A stretch of 45,956 nt of DNA from Octopus bimaculoides (Eukaryota): NCBI RefSeq assembly GCF_001194135.2, contig NC_068990.1:17191486-17237441 (forward strand), given 5' to 3'. The translations under genes and the position numbers were made by a program. Shown in pieces: positions 24,281 to 38,100 of the stretch (positions within the stretch are counted from its first letter, which is position 1; each line of letters begins with the position of its first letter). The notes beneath the pieces are model-generated. The model did no database searches. It was not told where the DNA came from and worked only from the letters and a program-made list of their open reading frames with translations.

Positions 24281-24507
24281 AAAGCCATTTAAAAACACAC
24301 AAAAACTATTAGATTCACTTCAACATTTAAATTTAATTTGCCAAAATATTTTCGTCGCTTTGAGACTCTGACCTGTTTAAGGACAAAATTCCGTGCAGCA
24401 TGGAATTTTGTCAGAGAACAGTGGTTTCAAAGCGATGAAAATATTTTGGCAAATTAAATTTAAATGTTGAAGTGAATCTAACAGTTTTTGTGTTTTTAAA
24501 TGGCTTA
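24281..24507. mobile_element. Fully palindromic MITE-like element
   Basis: Near-perfect outer arms of about 85 bp (AAGCCATTTAAAAACAC...TTTCGTCGCTTTGAGAC and its reverse complement) plus an inner hairpin GACAAAATTCC...GGAATTTTGTC. Confidence 0.8.
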
Positions 24508-25949
24508 TAAACACCTTCCATGCTGCAACTGTTTTTTTTTCAGCACACGATCTCGGATCAAGTCACTTGCTATGCAAGTACATCTCCATAATTCTTATTT
24601 TTATTTTTGCTTTTTATATATTTTATTTTTATTTTATTATATATGTTTTTATTTTTTACTTTTGTTTGTATTTTTCTCTATGTTTATTCTGTTAACCAGT
24701 TCTCCTCACCAGTCCTTGCTAATACCCTGTCACTTACCTTCCTGCTCTCTCTCTCCCCATAGGCTACTCCATTTCTCTCTTTCTCCTCATTATCCTCTCT
24801 TTTCCTTTCTCTCTTTCTCTTTCTCCTTATCCCCCCACTTTGTAAGTACATCTCTGAAAATGTTAACATCGTTTTTTATTAATCCTTTTTATTGCAGAAA
24901 GCAAATGTGTCCACTCAAAAGTTTCCTTACCCTTAATTGCAAAAAACAGTTTTATATACCTATTTATCTTTTGTTCAAGAATGTCATGTTTGAAACTATT
25001 TTTTGCTGAGATATGTCAAGTTTATTATGAGGCAATGTGACTTGCAGAAAAACAAAATCATATTTTTTTGGTAGATATGTAACATCATTATGGAATAAAT
25101 ATGAAATTTAATTTCACAGTTAAAGGGTTAAATGCTATATATTGGTGATCATCATCAATTTAATGACTAATATCCCATGCTTGCATGGGTCAGATAAGAA
25201 AGTGTTGGGGCAAAGTTTACTATAAAAGATACCCTTCTTGATGCCAACCCTCACCTGTTTCCATGCAAAGTAACAATCCAGCAGTTTATCAAACAACAAA
25301 CAACCCAGACATGTTTTTATGTGGAGAACAGGAAACAAATGACACTGACTGAGCCTTTTGCTTATACAGGCCACACACGTCACGAAACCTGGACATGACA
25401 CCTGGCTATAAAAACTTGCTTCAAAATCCCATTTAACCCCTCCGTGCCAGCCTGAAGAAGTAGTTATAAAAATCATAAAATGATAATGATAATGATTGCT
25501 ATCAACATTATTTTCTATTTCTTTCCAACTCCATCCAATCACCCCCCCCCCCACCACTCTCTCTTCTAAAATATGAATTAGTCATGTGACCCCTCTACAG
25601 CAAAAAACCTGTTCTGCTCCAACCTTTTTCTCCCATGCTTCACCTCTGTCTACTCCTCATTCTCTTAGCATGAAGTCACCTTCCACCTTGGGGTTTGTAG
25701 TCTTGCAAGCTGCATGGCAACTTCACTGGTGCTGGTGACATCATAAAAAGCACCGAGTACATGCTGTAAAGTGGTTGGCATTAGGAAGGGCATCCAGCTA
25801 TGGAAACCATGCCAAAGCAGAAATTGAAGCATAATACATTCCTTGAACCCATCAGATTCTGTCATGGAACATGGACATTAAATGAGGATGATGACCGTTA
25901 TGGTTTTTTTTCAGTGAAAACTAAATAAAGCCAAACCAATGGTTATTAC

Positions 25950-26052
25950 CGTTTTCATCAGTCATTGGACCTGCTATTGGAGTTTCACCATTCTTCAAAC
26001 ACTTGTGAATATAGGCTGCTTTCCATTTGGCATATTTTTTGTTCTTCTCAAG
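25950..26052 (-). CDS. VTA1: VTA1 coding exon (equivalent to exon 5), 103 nt: LEKNKKYAKWKAAYIHKCLKNGETPIAGPMTDEN
   Basis: Acceptor ttgtgttgtag|CTT and donor AACG|gtaata; in frame with both neighbours. Resembles human KYARWKATYIHNCLKNGETPQAGP. Too short for the ORF track; read manually. Confidence 0.95.
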
Positions 26053-27225
26053 CTACAACACAAAAAGAATATTTTTACAGAAAGAATTCCTCAAAGAAAG
26101 GACAAAGAAAATCCTTGAAAATACATGATTGAAACAAAATGTTAACGGTAAGAATTACATCACAGTACCAGTTATATCAGAGGAGATATTTTACTGATGT
26201 TGTCAGTTCTGACTGAGCAGGACTATGATATGATCAAAGGTATTCCAGACATGCCAATCCCATCCTCTTGTTTCCAGGCATAATATATCTAAGACCACAC
26301 TATCAAATGTGTTCTACATTTCGAAATTAATAAGGCTCGCCATCATCATCAACATTTAACATCCATTTTCCATGACAGGCATGGGTTAGTTGGTTTGACC
26401 AGAGCTGGTAAGCCAGAAAGCTGCATCAGGCTCCAGTTGTCTGTTTTGGCAATTGTTTCTACAGCTGGATGGCCTTCCTAATGTCAACTACTTTACAAAG
26501 TGTAGTGGGGGCTTTTTACATGTCACTGGGTTATGATTCGTACAAAATAATTATTGATTTTAAACATGAACAGAGCCAATGAAGCATGCACTGTATTTTT
26601 TAGCAAATGTATTGATCATTCTGTGCACAGGCTCATTTCCTCAACACTGGTTAGCATAATATTTGCGTAAATGAAGGTGGCGAGCTGGCAGAAATGTTAG
26701 CACGCTGGGCGAAATGCTTAGCGGTATTTCATCTGCCGTTATGTTCTGAGTTCAAATTCCGCCGAGGTCGGCTTTGCCTTTCAACCTTTCGGGGTCGACT
26801 TAATCCCTTTGTCTGTCCTTGTTTGTCCCCTCTATGGTTAGCCCATTGTGGGCAATAAAGAAATAAGAAACGTTAGCATGCCGGGCAAAATGCTTATTGG
26901 TATTTTGTCAATCTTTACATTCTGAGTTTACATGATTTATCCTAGTTTATATAAAAATCTACATTTGTATATAGACACACACATCTATGTGCATTTCTGA
27001 GTCTGTGTTTGTTCCCCACCACTGTTTGACAACCGATGTTGATGTGTTTATGTCCCTTTGGCAAAAGAGACTGATAAGAATAAGTACCAGGCTTTGATAA
27101 AATATATATACTGGGATCAATTCATTCAACTAAAACTTCTTCAAAGCAGTGCCCCAGCATGACCGCAGTCTAATGACTGAAACAAGTAAAAGATAAAAAC
27201 ACAAACAAATTGAAAATTTACTCAC

Positions 27226-27301
27226 GTCTTCATCAGTTTCGCCAAAGACAGATAAAACATCAAACAACAATCCTGCTGTATAAAATGTCTTCACCAAGTT
27301 C
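27226..27301 (-). CDS. VTA1: VTA1 coding exon (equivalent to exon 4), 76 nt: NLVKTFYTAGLLFDVLSVFGETDED
   Basis: Acceptor ttcattag|G and donor GAC|gtgagt; phase 2 in, phase 0 out. Resembles human NMIKSFYTASLLIDVITVFGELTDE. Confidence 0.95.
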
Positions 27302-27399
27302 CTAATGAACAGAAAATATGAAGAGGAAGAATAATAAGAAGAATATTCTTTCAATGGTTTCAGTTACTGGATGGTGTTTATGCTAGATGATGATTATGA

Positions 27400-27625
27400 A
27401 TGGGTTGGATGGCATCTAGGATAGATGGTGCCAAGGACAGATGGCATCTAGGATGGATGGCATATGGGACGGATGGCATCTAGGATGGATGGCATCTGGA
27501 GTGGATGGTGTCTGGATCAGATGGTGTCTGGAATGGATGATGTCTAGGATGGATGGTGTCTAGGATAGATGGCATCCAGGATGAATGGCGTCTAGGGTGA
27601 ATGGTGTCTAGGACAGATGGGGCTT
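27400..27625. repeat. 16-bp minisatellite (GGATGGATGGCATCTA)n, about 14 diverged units
   Basis: Directly visible tandem units. Confidence 0.85.
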
Positions 27626-30600
27626 GTGAGATAGCATCCATGTTGGAATATGTCTATGCTGGATACCATCCATTGCCTTCACAAGTTTTACTCAGTCATA
27701 TATTGTCTCCAGCATATAATGATACTTATTTTATGTATGTATGTATATATATATATGTAGTTTTGTGTGTGTATGTATGCATATTTTTATATGTATATAT
27801 GCATACATATGTATATGGTTTTGTGTGTGTGTGTTATTTTTCAAAAGATTTGCTGATGTACATATGGCTAGTATATATATATCTGCTTTCTGTAGTTTTA
27901 ATCAGATAGCATTGAATCAATCTCGTGTCTTGTAATTGAAACTGTACAGAAGCCTGCTGGGTATATTGCATCTGTTCTTGGGTGGGGTAGTAGATTCTAA
28001 CTAAAGCCAACCCAGAGACAGGTAATAATGTTAAACTGGGCAATAATTCAACTCTACCAGGGTATTCAAGCTATAATCACCCCTAAAAACTCTGGGCGAT
28101 TAACACTTAAACACCTTCTGTCATGGGTCTGTTTAATCAGGCCTGACCTAGGGCAAAACAACAACAACAACAACAAAGAGTTATGGTTTAATAAGGGAGC
28201 TTCTATGCATTAGCTTGATCTGCAAGATATAGGAGCCAAATTACCCTCAAATTACACCCAGCCATTTTAAATGAGAAAGGAACAACAAGTTGATATTAAT
28301 GTAGTCTTAAATATACAAAAAGACAAAAACATGCTAGATATAGTAGCCAAATCTCCCTCAAATCATACCCAGCAGTTTTAAATATGGAATAACACTTTGG
28401 ATAGTGAAGTCCTAAAAATACAATTAGATGGAATGGTTATGGCTGGAACGTCTTTGACTATAGGTCTACTTAAACAAAGATGACCTGAGATATGTTAGTA
28501 ACCCCACAACACTAAGTTACAGAGATATTAACATACTCTATTCACAATGTCCCTGCACCATTTCCAAATTCTTTCGACGTGTTTCAATGTTGCACTTGCA
28601 AAGGGAAATAACTACGTCTTCACTTTGTGATTATTTTCTTTCTTTGTTTCTTTCTTTTATATCTGTTGCAGACAAAGAAGCAGACAAGGGAAGGAGAAGA
28701 GGTAACAAATGCTAGTTGGGAGGAGGTGGCAATAGTCAGGGAGAGGGGAAGGAGGGAGAGGGAGAAGGAAGAGAGAGAGAGGGGGAATGAGAAAATAAAT
28801 GAGGAAGAAAGACAATTATGACAAACAACCTGCACGGTGGGATTTTCAACGAAACATTTCTTTATTTCTTTATACAGTGAAGTCCTGAGTTAAATAACTG
28901 GTTGATCAACAGATATTAATTTTTGGTTGAATTTTAAGGATGATGAGATCCTTCCAGGGTCATGTAGACTCCTAGGGCTGGTTTCCCAGTTTCTGTGAGG
29001 TAAATATTCTCGACAAGAGACCAGTCTGTTGCAGGATCACTCATGCTTTGCCAGCTGAGTGAACTGGAGCAATGTGAAATGAAGTGTTTTGCTCAAGGAC
29101 ACAATGCATCACCTGGTCCTGGAATTGAAACCACAATCTTAGGATCACGAGTCCAACATCCTATCCACTAAACCACACACATCCACTCTGTTGAATTATA
29201 CTAAATATTTATTCTTTTCTACTCTAGGCACAAGGCCCGATATTTTGGGGGGAGGAGGCCAGTCGATTAGATCGACCTCAGTACACAACTGGTACTTGAT
29301 TTATTGACCCTGAAAGGATGAAAGGCAAAGTCGACCTCGGCGGAATTTGAACTCAGACTGTAACAACAGACGAAATACCACTAAACATTTCGCCTGGTGT
29401 GCTAATGTTTCTGCCAGTTCGCTGCCTAAATATTTATTACAATGTTACTAATACTCTAAATTAATTAAATCCTAATTTTTCAATCACCTCCATCATCATT
29501 CTGTTTTTCAACACCATCATTGTTTTAAAGTCCAGTTTTTCTCCATGCTTGCATGGATCAGACAATTTATTGCAGCAGACTTTCTTTGACAGGGTGCCCT
29601 CCCTGTTGCCAACCCTTACATGTTTCTAAGCAAGGTAATATTTCCACATGGCCAGGTATTTTTTCACAGAATATTGGAAATAAATTACATTCATTTACAA
29701 CTATTATGTGATGTCAAATGAAGCACACACACACACATATATACATGTATGTATTTAACAGGCTTCTTTCAGTTTCCATCTACCAAATCCACTCACTCAC
29801 AATACTGCGGTCAGTCCAAGGTTACAGTAAAACACATTTGCCAACGTTTTGAAACTAATATAAATTTATGCATCAAAATAAAATCAAGAAGCTTGGAAAT
29901 CATGGAATCTCCATTCCACAAGTCTCGTTAGTTAAATATAATAGCTTTAGTCTATAAATAACATCTTGAAGTATTTAATCATGCATTTTAAAATAATCAG
30001 GTGACACTAATTACAACACTAACTGAAAGAATCGTGCAGCACCAGCAGGTAGACAGGTTCAGTCACAGCCTGCTGTCCACCCTGTACTGTCTACTTCTCT
30101 TCTTTGCCTGTTTCATTTAATCATACGGTTTACTTTTCTCATGTCTTCTGATAGTAGATAGGTTTGCTAACATACCATCCTTCAGACTAACTTGTTGTAT
30201 AAGTTTTTAGTGTGTCATTCAGCTCAAAACAAACACATAAAATGTCAGTCAGTAGCAGTCCTATCCCACCCCACACAAATACATACACACTTCTTTCTTT
30301 CAAAACCAGGAGTAGCACTTCTTGTTCCGTTTTTTTTTTTTTTAATTTCTTTCTAAGCTTCACACACCTTATATCTGCCTTATTCTAGTGTACAAAGAGT
30401 ATGAAGATAGCGCACATACACATATGCATAAATTTTCTCTCTCTCTCTTTCTCTCTCTCTCTCTTCATCTCTCTCTCTTTCTCTTTATCTATCAATCTAT
30501 CTCTCACACAAACATTAGGATCAACTATGATATCAGCTTCTACAAATTCTCACACATGGAAACTGAATCACAAAATTTGGTCTCCTCACATTAATACTAA

Positions 30601-31020
30601 TTCCCTTTCAGTTTATTAAACACCTGTGTTTACTGTGATACAATTGTTGCAAAGCAATGTACACTTCATCTTTCTAGCTTTCTTCCTACATCTAAACCTG
30701 CAAATCTATTTCTTCAGTTTCTATCCAATCTTTCCTCACTGGTTTTTACATAGTCATGTGGCTAAGAAGTTTGCTTCCCAACTATGCCATTTCGGGGTTC
30801 AGTTCCACTGCATGGCACCTTGGGCAAGTGTCTTCTACAATCTTCTTGGGTTAACCAATGCCTTGTGAATGGATTTGGTAGATGGAAACTGAAATAAGCC
30901 TGTTTTGTGTGTGTACAAACACATTCACATACATACACTATGTAAAAAACATCCAGTACACTCTGTAAAGTGGCTGGTTTTAGGAAGGGCATCCAGCCAT
31001 AGAAACCATGACAAAACAGA

Positions 31021-31922
31021 CAATTAGAACTATCGTCCTGTTCAAGGGCCTGTCCTCACTGCCCACCACTGTCAGCTACTGTGGGCTACACAGCACCAAC
31101 ATTGGTAGCATAAACAATGGAGGTCGATAGTCTTCTCTGATGAGAGCCGGTCCTGCATTTCCACCTCGAATGGCAGAGTGAGGGTGTGGAGTAAGAGGGG
31201 TGAACGCTACAGAGATGCCTGTGTCATGGAAAGAGACATGTGGAGTGGCCAAAGCATCATAGTTTGGGGTCCTATAGGCCTGAATCAGAGAATTGGGGCC
31301 TATGTGTTCCAAAATGTTAATGCAGGTAGAAGGAATGGCATCACAGCGTAGTGCTGCATTGACCAGATCCTAAGACCTTACATCATGCTCTTCTTCACAT
31401 GTCACCATAGCCACATGTTCCAGCAGGACAATACTCCCTCCCACACGGCAAGGATCACCATGGACTTCCTGCATCAGCACAACATCAGAACCATGCTGTG
31501 GCCGACTCTCAGCCAGGATTTGAATCCAATTGAACACTTGTGGGATGAAATCCAGAGACGACTGAAACAGATGGTCCCAAGGTCTTCAAGTCGTGCAGAA
31601 CTGGAGGCAGCTTTCCTCAGGGTGTGAGCACAGGTGCCAATGGGTTTTGTGAACTGCCTCATGCACTCCATGTACTAATGGTGTATGGCCATTTTGAACA
31701 CCCAGGGAGGGCATACACGGTATTGAACATATCACACCCTACAATCTCAATGTGCTGGATCCACCCACTACCAGAACACATGACAACAACCCATAGACAG
31801 AGGTCAGAGTCCATCCAAGAAAATGACTTTATCAGGTTTATCAAAATTTATCTCTAACATAATGAAATTAAAACAGATTTCACAGTCACACACATCTCGC
31901 GTTACTTTTGCAGTTCAGTGTA
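31021..31922 (+). mobile_element. Tc1-like (DD34E) transposon, 3' part with right TIR; pseudogenised transposase
   Basis: WRSIVFSDESR...VWSKRGER...SIIVWG...FQQDNTPSHTAR...LSQDLNPIEHLWDEI...GGHTRY*. There are 34 residues between the second D and E, internal stops, and a right end CGCGTTACTTTTGCAGTTCAGTG|TA. Confidence 0.92.
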
Positions 31923-33307
31923 CAATTCCTAATAATATTTGATTGTAGAACTATAATAGGATTTTTTTTTACATATACATCAAATGTCTATGGAAGTCCA
32001 GTTGTCAAAAAATGGTTGAGAACCAAAGCATTAGAGTGGCAAGTTATCCTCACAGAGGAGAAATGGTCTCAATATTTGTAACAGGCAACCAAAAGCCAGA
32101 TGACAGAGCTAAACTAGGCATTCAGATGTAGAAACTAAGCCAAAGCAGATATAGAACCTGGCAGAGCCTTCTGCCTCATCTGTCCATGTCAAACCATCCA
32201 ACCCATGCCAGCATGGAAAAGGGGACGTTAAATGAAGATGATCACACACACGCACATATATACTTGTTTTTCTAAAATGGTTAAATGAATGTTTTATTTG
32301 CAAGGGTTAAATAAATGTTTTACTAAGGCATTGTTTTATCATCAGATGCCCTTTCTGTCACTGATCCTTAACTATTATTTCAAGCAAGGGATCTCTAATT
32401 TCACATGTCTTCATAGGTGGAAAAACAGGAGAAATGACAACAATAACACTGTTCACATCTTATGTTTGTCAGAGAATCACAAATGTAAACAAATGCACAC
32501 ACACACATTTGTTATAACAAAGTTGACAATCTATTCTGAGTTATCTATTCATCATTAGCTAAGCTACTCGTGATTACAGAAACACGTGAAAAATCCAGGT
32601 GTATAAATAATTCAATTAAGTTAGGTGTGTCAACGTGGATAGGAAGCGGGTTAGGGTATTTTTAGGTGTGCATTGTAGCTAGAACTATACTCCATTATAA
32701 GAGAGAATACCTTTTCATTATTGAAATTATTTTGGTATATTTCGATCAATAGCCTTAGATCTTTTGTTCTGCAAAAAGTACAAAGGTCAATTTATAATTT
32801 ACTAAAATGCCAGCCTGGAAGGCAGACGTTAAACAATGGTGATGATGATGATGTATTATTGCATTTAAATATATGTTCTTGTGTTTATTCTAATTTGCTT
32901 GTCCTAGGAGTCCAAAAGTTAGTTTTTAGGGGTCAATAAAAATCTAGGTATTGTGAATATTTCAAAATTCAGTAAGACTGAAGGTTGTTCAAAGTTGAGT
33001 TTACTAAATTATTGTGGTCACTGATAATCAAAAAACAAGAAAAGAAAATGAATTAGAAGCGGAAAGGAAATAACTGAAGGAATAGTAAAATAGGTAGAGA
33101 AATAGAAAATATGTGTTAGAAACAATTTAAAATCCTAGCTTAGGGTTATGCTACCCACTTCCTCATAGGTCACACCCTAACTACATTGATGTACCTAACC
33201 ATAACTGAACCTTATATATACCCCAGATCTTTCTCTTGTCCTCACAGTCACAAACAGACCAATTAAGGGTAAAACAGAATAGACTGTCACCTTTGCTATA
33301 ACATGTA

Positions 33308-33393
<86 letters not shown>

Positions 33394-33889
33394 CACATAT
33401 ATATATACATGCCGTGCTTAAGAAGACCCATCAAGTCAAGTAAAATTGCAGTCATGGCAGATACTGGCACCTGTGCATGTAAACGCACCCATTACACTCT
33501 CAGATTGGTTGGTGTTAGGAAGGGCATCCAGCTGAAGAAAACCATGCCAAGACAGACTGCAGTCTGGTGCAGCCTTCCAGCTTTCCAGCCCTGGTCAAAT
33601 TATCCAACCCATGCCACCATGGACAACAGACCATGATCAGATGGTGCATCAACCATGATCAGACGGTGCTTTTTACGTGCCACCGGCATGGGGAGTTGAT
33701 CCAGTACTGGACAAGGACTCTGGACTATTTTTTCTGTTTTTTACTTAATTTTTGAGAGCGGTCGGGTTCATTTTTAGTATTCTTGTTTATGAGAGCAGTT
33801 GAGTTTATTTTAGATATTCTCATTTTAAAAATCATCTCTGGCTAATCGTTGAGAGGATGTTGGTGTTGCCTTGGTGGAGGTTTGCGCTG

Positions 33890-33931
<42 letters not shown>

Positions 33932-36900
33932 ACAAGATAGAAGTGGGGGTAAGTGAGAGAGAGAGAGAGAGAAATGAATGACAGNNNNNNNNNNNNNNNN
34001 NNNNNNNNNNNNNNNNNNNNNNNNNNNNNNNNNNNNNNNNNNNNNNNNNNNNNNNNNNNNNNNNNNNNNNNNNNNNNNNNNNNNNNNNNNNNNNNNNNNN
34101 NNNNNNNNNNNNNNNNNNNNNNNNNNNNNNNNNNNNNNNNNNNNNNNNNNNNNNNNNNNNNNNNNNNNNNNNNNNNNNNNNNNNNNNNNNNNNNNNNNNN
34201 NNNNNNNNNNNNNNNNNNNNNNNNNNNNNNNNNNNNNNNNNNNNNNNNNNNNNNNNNNNNNNNNNNNNNNNNNNNNNNNNNNNNNNNNNNNNNNNNNNNN
34301 NNNNNNNNNNNNNNNNNNNNNNNAATATTAAGCTATTATCTCATTTAACGTGTATCATTTCTTAAATAAGCGTTAATTGCTTCTAAATGAGCTGATTTAT
34401 CTCTTTTGATAGCAGCCAGCCTGAAACCACCCCTGGTCCTATGATAAAGACTTCCTGTGATCTAAATAAAAATCTTCTACCAAAATTTCTTGATAAAGTT
34501 ATTTTACTAAATTCTTCATTATTTTCAAAATATACTTTAATATTGACACAAAAGGGTTAAAATAGTTTACACTTTGCACTTTTAAAATGTGCTTTGACTT
34601 CCACAACTGGCTTTCATTGGAGACATATGCCTAAAAGAAATGAATAGATGTTACTGCTAAGAACATGTCACAGTTGATTCTAATTGATTCACAATGGTGA
34701 AACAATAAAAGATTCAGATGAATAAGATTTTTATCTTATTAATGAGAAGTTACATTAATAATGTATCCAGCTTTCTTGAGATATATTATACATTTGTCTA
34801 TTGTATTAATAACATGAATAAATTATCCACCATTCTTGAGATAAGTGTCTCTATTCAATTACATTGTTAATTTATCTATTGCATTAATAATATATCTATC
34901 ATATTAATAACGTATCTATTACATTATCACTTTCACTTTTCATTTTTTTTTACTTTTTCTCATTTTAGTCATTTGACTGTGGCCATGCTGGGGTACTGCT
35001 TTGAAGAATTTTAATCAAACAAATCAACCCCAGGATTTATTTTTTCAAGCCTAGTACTTATTCTATCAGTTTCTTTTGCTGAACTGCTTGGCTACAGGGA
35101 CATAAACACATCAACACCAGTTGTCAAGTGATGGTTGGGGGACAAACACAAGGACAGACACACATAGACAGACAAACACACACACATATACAATGGGTTT
35201 CTTTGAGTTTCCGTCTACCAAATCCACTCACAAGGCTTTAGTTGGCCCAAGGCTATAGCAGAAGACACTTGCCCAAGGAGTGAATCTAGGACTATGTGGT
35301 TGGGAAGCAAGCTTCTTACCACACAGCCACACCATATATCATATTAACAATGCAGCCTCCATTCTTGAAATAAGTCTTCCTATTCTACACCATTATTACA
35401 TGACTTAATAGTTACCATACTTCATATGAAAAATAAAAACAGCCAAGTAGGTAAGGCTTCCGACTGCCAGCCCTTTGATTTGGTGTTCAATTCCAAACCA
35501 AACACTTCATTTTGTGTCTGAGCAATATAGTTAATGCTATGAGCCTTGCTTCACCGATCTACCAAAAAAATGTATCAAATCATCTTACAATATTATCTGA
35601 GATGGGGTCAGGGGTTGCTTAGCTTAATGGTACAGACCATTCAGCTGGAATTTGAGAGGTTCAGGGTTCAATTCACTGTAACGGCTTGCTGGCCACTTTT
35701 TAAAAAAGGGGGCAAGCTGGTAAAATCATTAGCCAGGTAAAATGCTTAGCACCATTCATTCATCTTCATGCTCTGAGTTCAAATTCTGCCGAGGTCGATT
35801 TTATCTTTCCTCCTTTCAGGGTTGATAAAATAAGTACCAGTTGAGCGCTGGGGGTCAATGTAATTAACCTTCCCCTCTCTAAAATTGCTGGCCTTGTGCC
35901 AAAATTTGAAACCAATATTATCTGAGATGGCTTCTTACAGTTATCTCTACTCCCTAGGGCAAAAATGCCCATTCATAATGTCCACTTCCACTTCCAGCTG
36001 TAGTATATATATATATATATATATATATAAGAGACCTTTAGCACATGTTTCCCTCTCAGACTCTCATGCAGTTTATTCCAGTGTTTGGTTATCGTTGGCA
36101 CCCACGATACTCACAGCTAAGCTAAGATATTCTCTCGTTTTTTTTATCACTCATTCATTCATCTAACCCACATTATTGCTAATAAGTTCCTTCATAAACT
36201 AATTATTTAAATTGACCCTTCAATATAACTTCCAAATCATAATCTCTCTCAGCCTTAGTTTTTCTCCTTAATTCTTCATATAACTTCCAAATTGAAATCT
36301 CTCTAAAGCCTTAGTTTTCTTTTCAAGTTGGCTAAATATTTTGGTACTATCTCTAAAATAACCCTTCCTTGTTTGCGATGTGCATTCAGTTGTAGAAATT
36401 TTGCCAGATTAGATTGGAGCCTGGTGCAGCTCCTGGCTTGCCAGTCCTCTGTCAAACCACCCAACCCATGCCAGCATGGAAAGCAGACGTTAAGCAATGA
36501 TGATGATGATGGAAGGTGATGAACAATGGAAGACTCAGAGTGCCAGACAAAATAACCTTGTAGTATTATGTGATGGTCTTTTATGTTGTGAGATCAAATC
36601 CTACCAAAGTCAGCTTTGCCCTTCATCCTTCTAGGGTCAATAAAATAAGATAGCAGTGAAGCACTGTAGTTGATTTAATCAACTATACTCTTCCATGCTG
36701 GCATGGGTTGGATGATTTAACAGGATCCAGCAAACCAGAGGACTGCATCGAGCCTCAGTGTCTGCTTTGACATGGTTCCTACAGCTGGATGCCCTTCCCA
36801 ATACCAGCTGAGTAAAAATTTTAACAAGCATAATGGCAGTTGCTTATATGAAGAAGAACAGACAATATTTACAAGAGTATGTGAAATTTGAATTTGTACC

Positions 36901-37323
36901 TTTGTTTACTAACACAAACTGCAAAGACGATATAGATACTAACCTTGTGCTAACAATTATTTATCAATGTTACCTGAGACACGAGTACCCTACGTACTTA
37001 AAGTCATTAAGGTTATTTATTAACTCTTAAGAGCCCCTGCAGAGCTAAGAAGACATTATGTATTATTCTACAACCGTATTTTCCTTTTCTGTAAATTTAT
37101 TGTATGGTTCAACAGGTACCTCCCTCACATCATATCCTACTATAATAAAACAAAAGGAATGGATTAGTTAAAACAGTCTTAAATACACTATGCTGGAAAA
37201 TGAGAGATGAGGAAATTTCATTTCAATTCAATTTCCTTTTCAATCTGATGTTTTAAATTGAGAAAACTAAGAGAGTTTAAACTAAGAGCATCCATTATAT
37301 GCAGCTGATACAGTATTACATTA

Positions 37324-37539
37324 AAATAGCCATCTGTGTATCTTACTTAATGTAGACACATTGTTAATAGGCCAGTTACTGTGGTATTTGTCCAGAGACA
37401 GTATCTCTTGTGGTTGAGTTGTGTTAACAAAGCACAACCATAAGAGATTATTTCAGAACAAATACCACAGTAACTGGCCTATGAACAGTGTATGTATACA
37501 TGTGTGTGTACATTAAGTATAATATATAGATGGCTATTT
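37324..37539. mobile_element. Palindromic MITE-like element inside the hAT relic
   Basis: Arms AAATAGCCATCT..TACTTAATGTA..TAGGCCAGTTACTGTGGTATTTGT..ATCTCTTGTGGTTG and their reverse complements. Confidence 0.75.
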
Positions 37540-37877
37540 ATAAGAATGTTTGAAATTTGGATTCATATCTTTGTTTACTAAAACAACCTGCAAAAATAAA
37601 GACCACTTGGTAAGAAAATAAAGATGTGGATATTTTTTTTTAAAGCACCGAAGGAACAAATTAGAAATCAACCAAATTTAAGACATTCTTTAAAGCACCA
37701 ATCAGTATTAAACAGTATTTTCCTTAAAGTAGCAAAGAAAGAACAGTTGTAGCCATTGGTGAGGAAATTATAATACAATAAAACTAGCATAATACAAACC
37801 ATTGAAAAGGAGACTGAAGCTGTTTTGTAGAAAATCATGCAACCTGATGCAATGCCACTAAATGCAAATATGATGCT

Positions 37878-38100
37878 TTAACCCTTTCATTACCATATTT
37901 CTGATTAAATACACTGCTTTTGTTTCAATTAATTTGGAGGAGAATAAAGAATTTAGTGAAATAATTTCATCATCATTAAGCTGGTATTTGGAACATAAAT
38001 TATCGTGAAATTTAGATGGAAGGTTTTAATACTTTAGAACAAAATGTTTGAGTCATGGTACTAGGCAGAGTCACAAACAAGTTGGTGTCAAAAGGGTTAA
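37878..38100. mobile_element. piggyBac-type MITE
   Basis: TTAA-CCCTTT...AAAGGG-TTAA ends. A second, truncated copy starts at 38101, and related right ends occur near 34560 and 25130. Confidence 0.8.

Noticed and set aside
28672-28701. 30-nt plus-strand microexon candidate (long pyrimidine tract, ttgcag|...AG|gtaaca)
   Set aside because: No partner exons or recognisable protein on the plus strand; CT/AG-rich low complexity can mimic splice signals. Would need RNA-seq.
2114-34348. Long ORFs made of X runs or dipeptide/homopolymer repeats (HTHT, YIYI, poly-I/Y/E)
   Set aside because: Products of N gaps and microsatellites, not genes.
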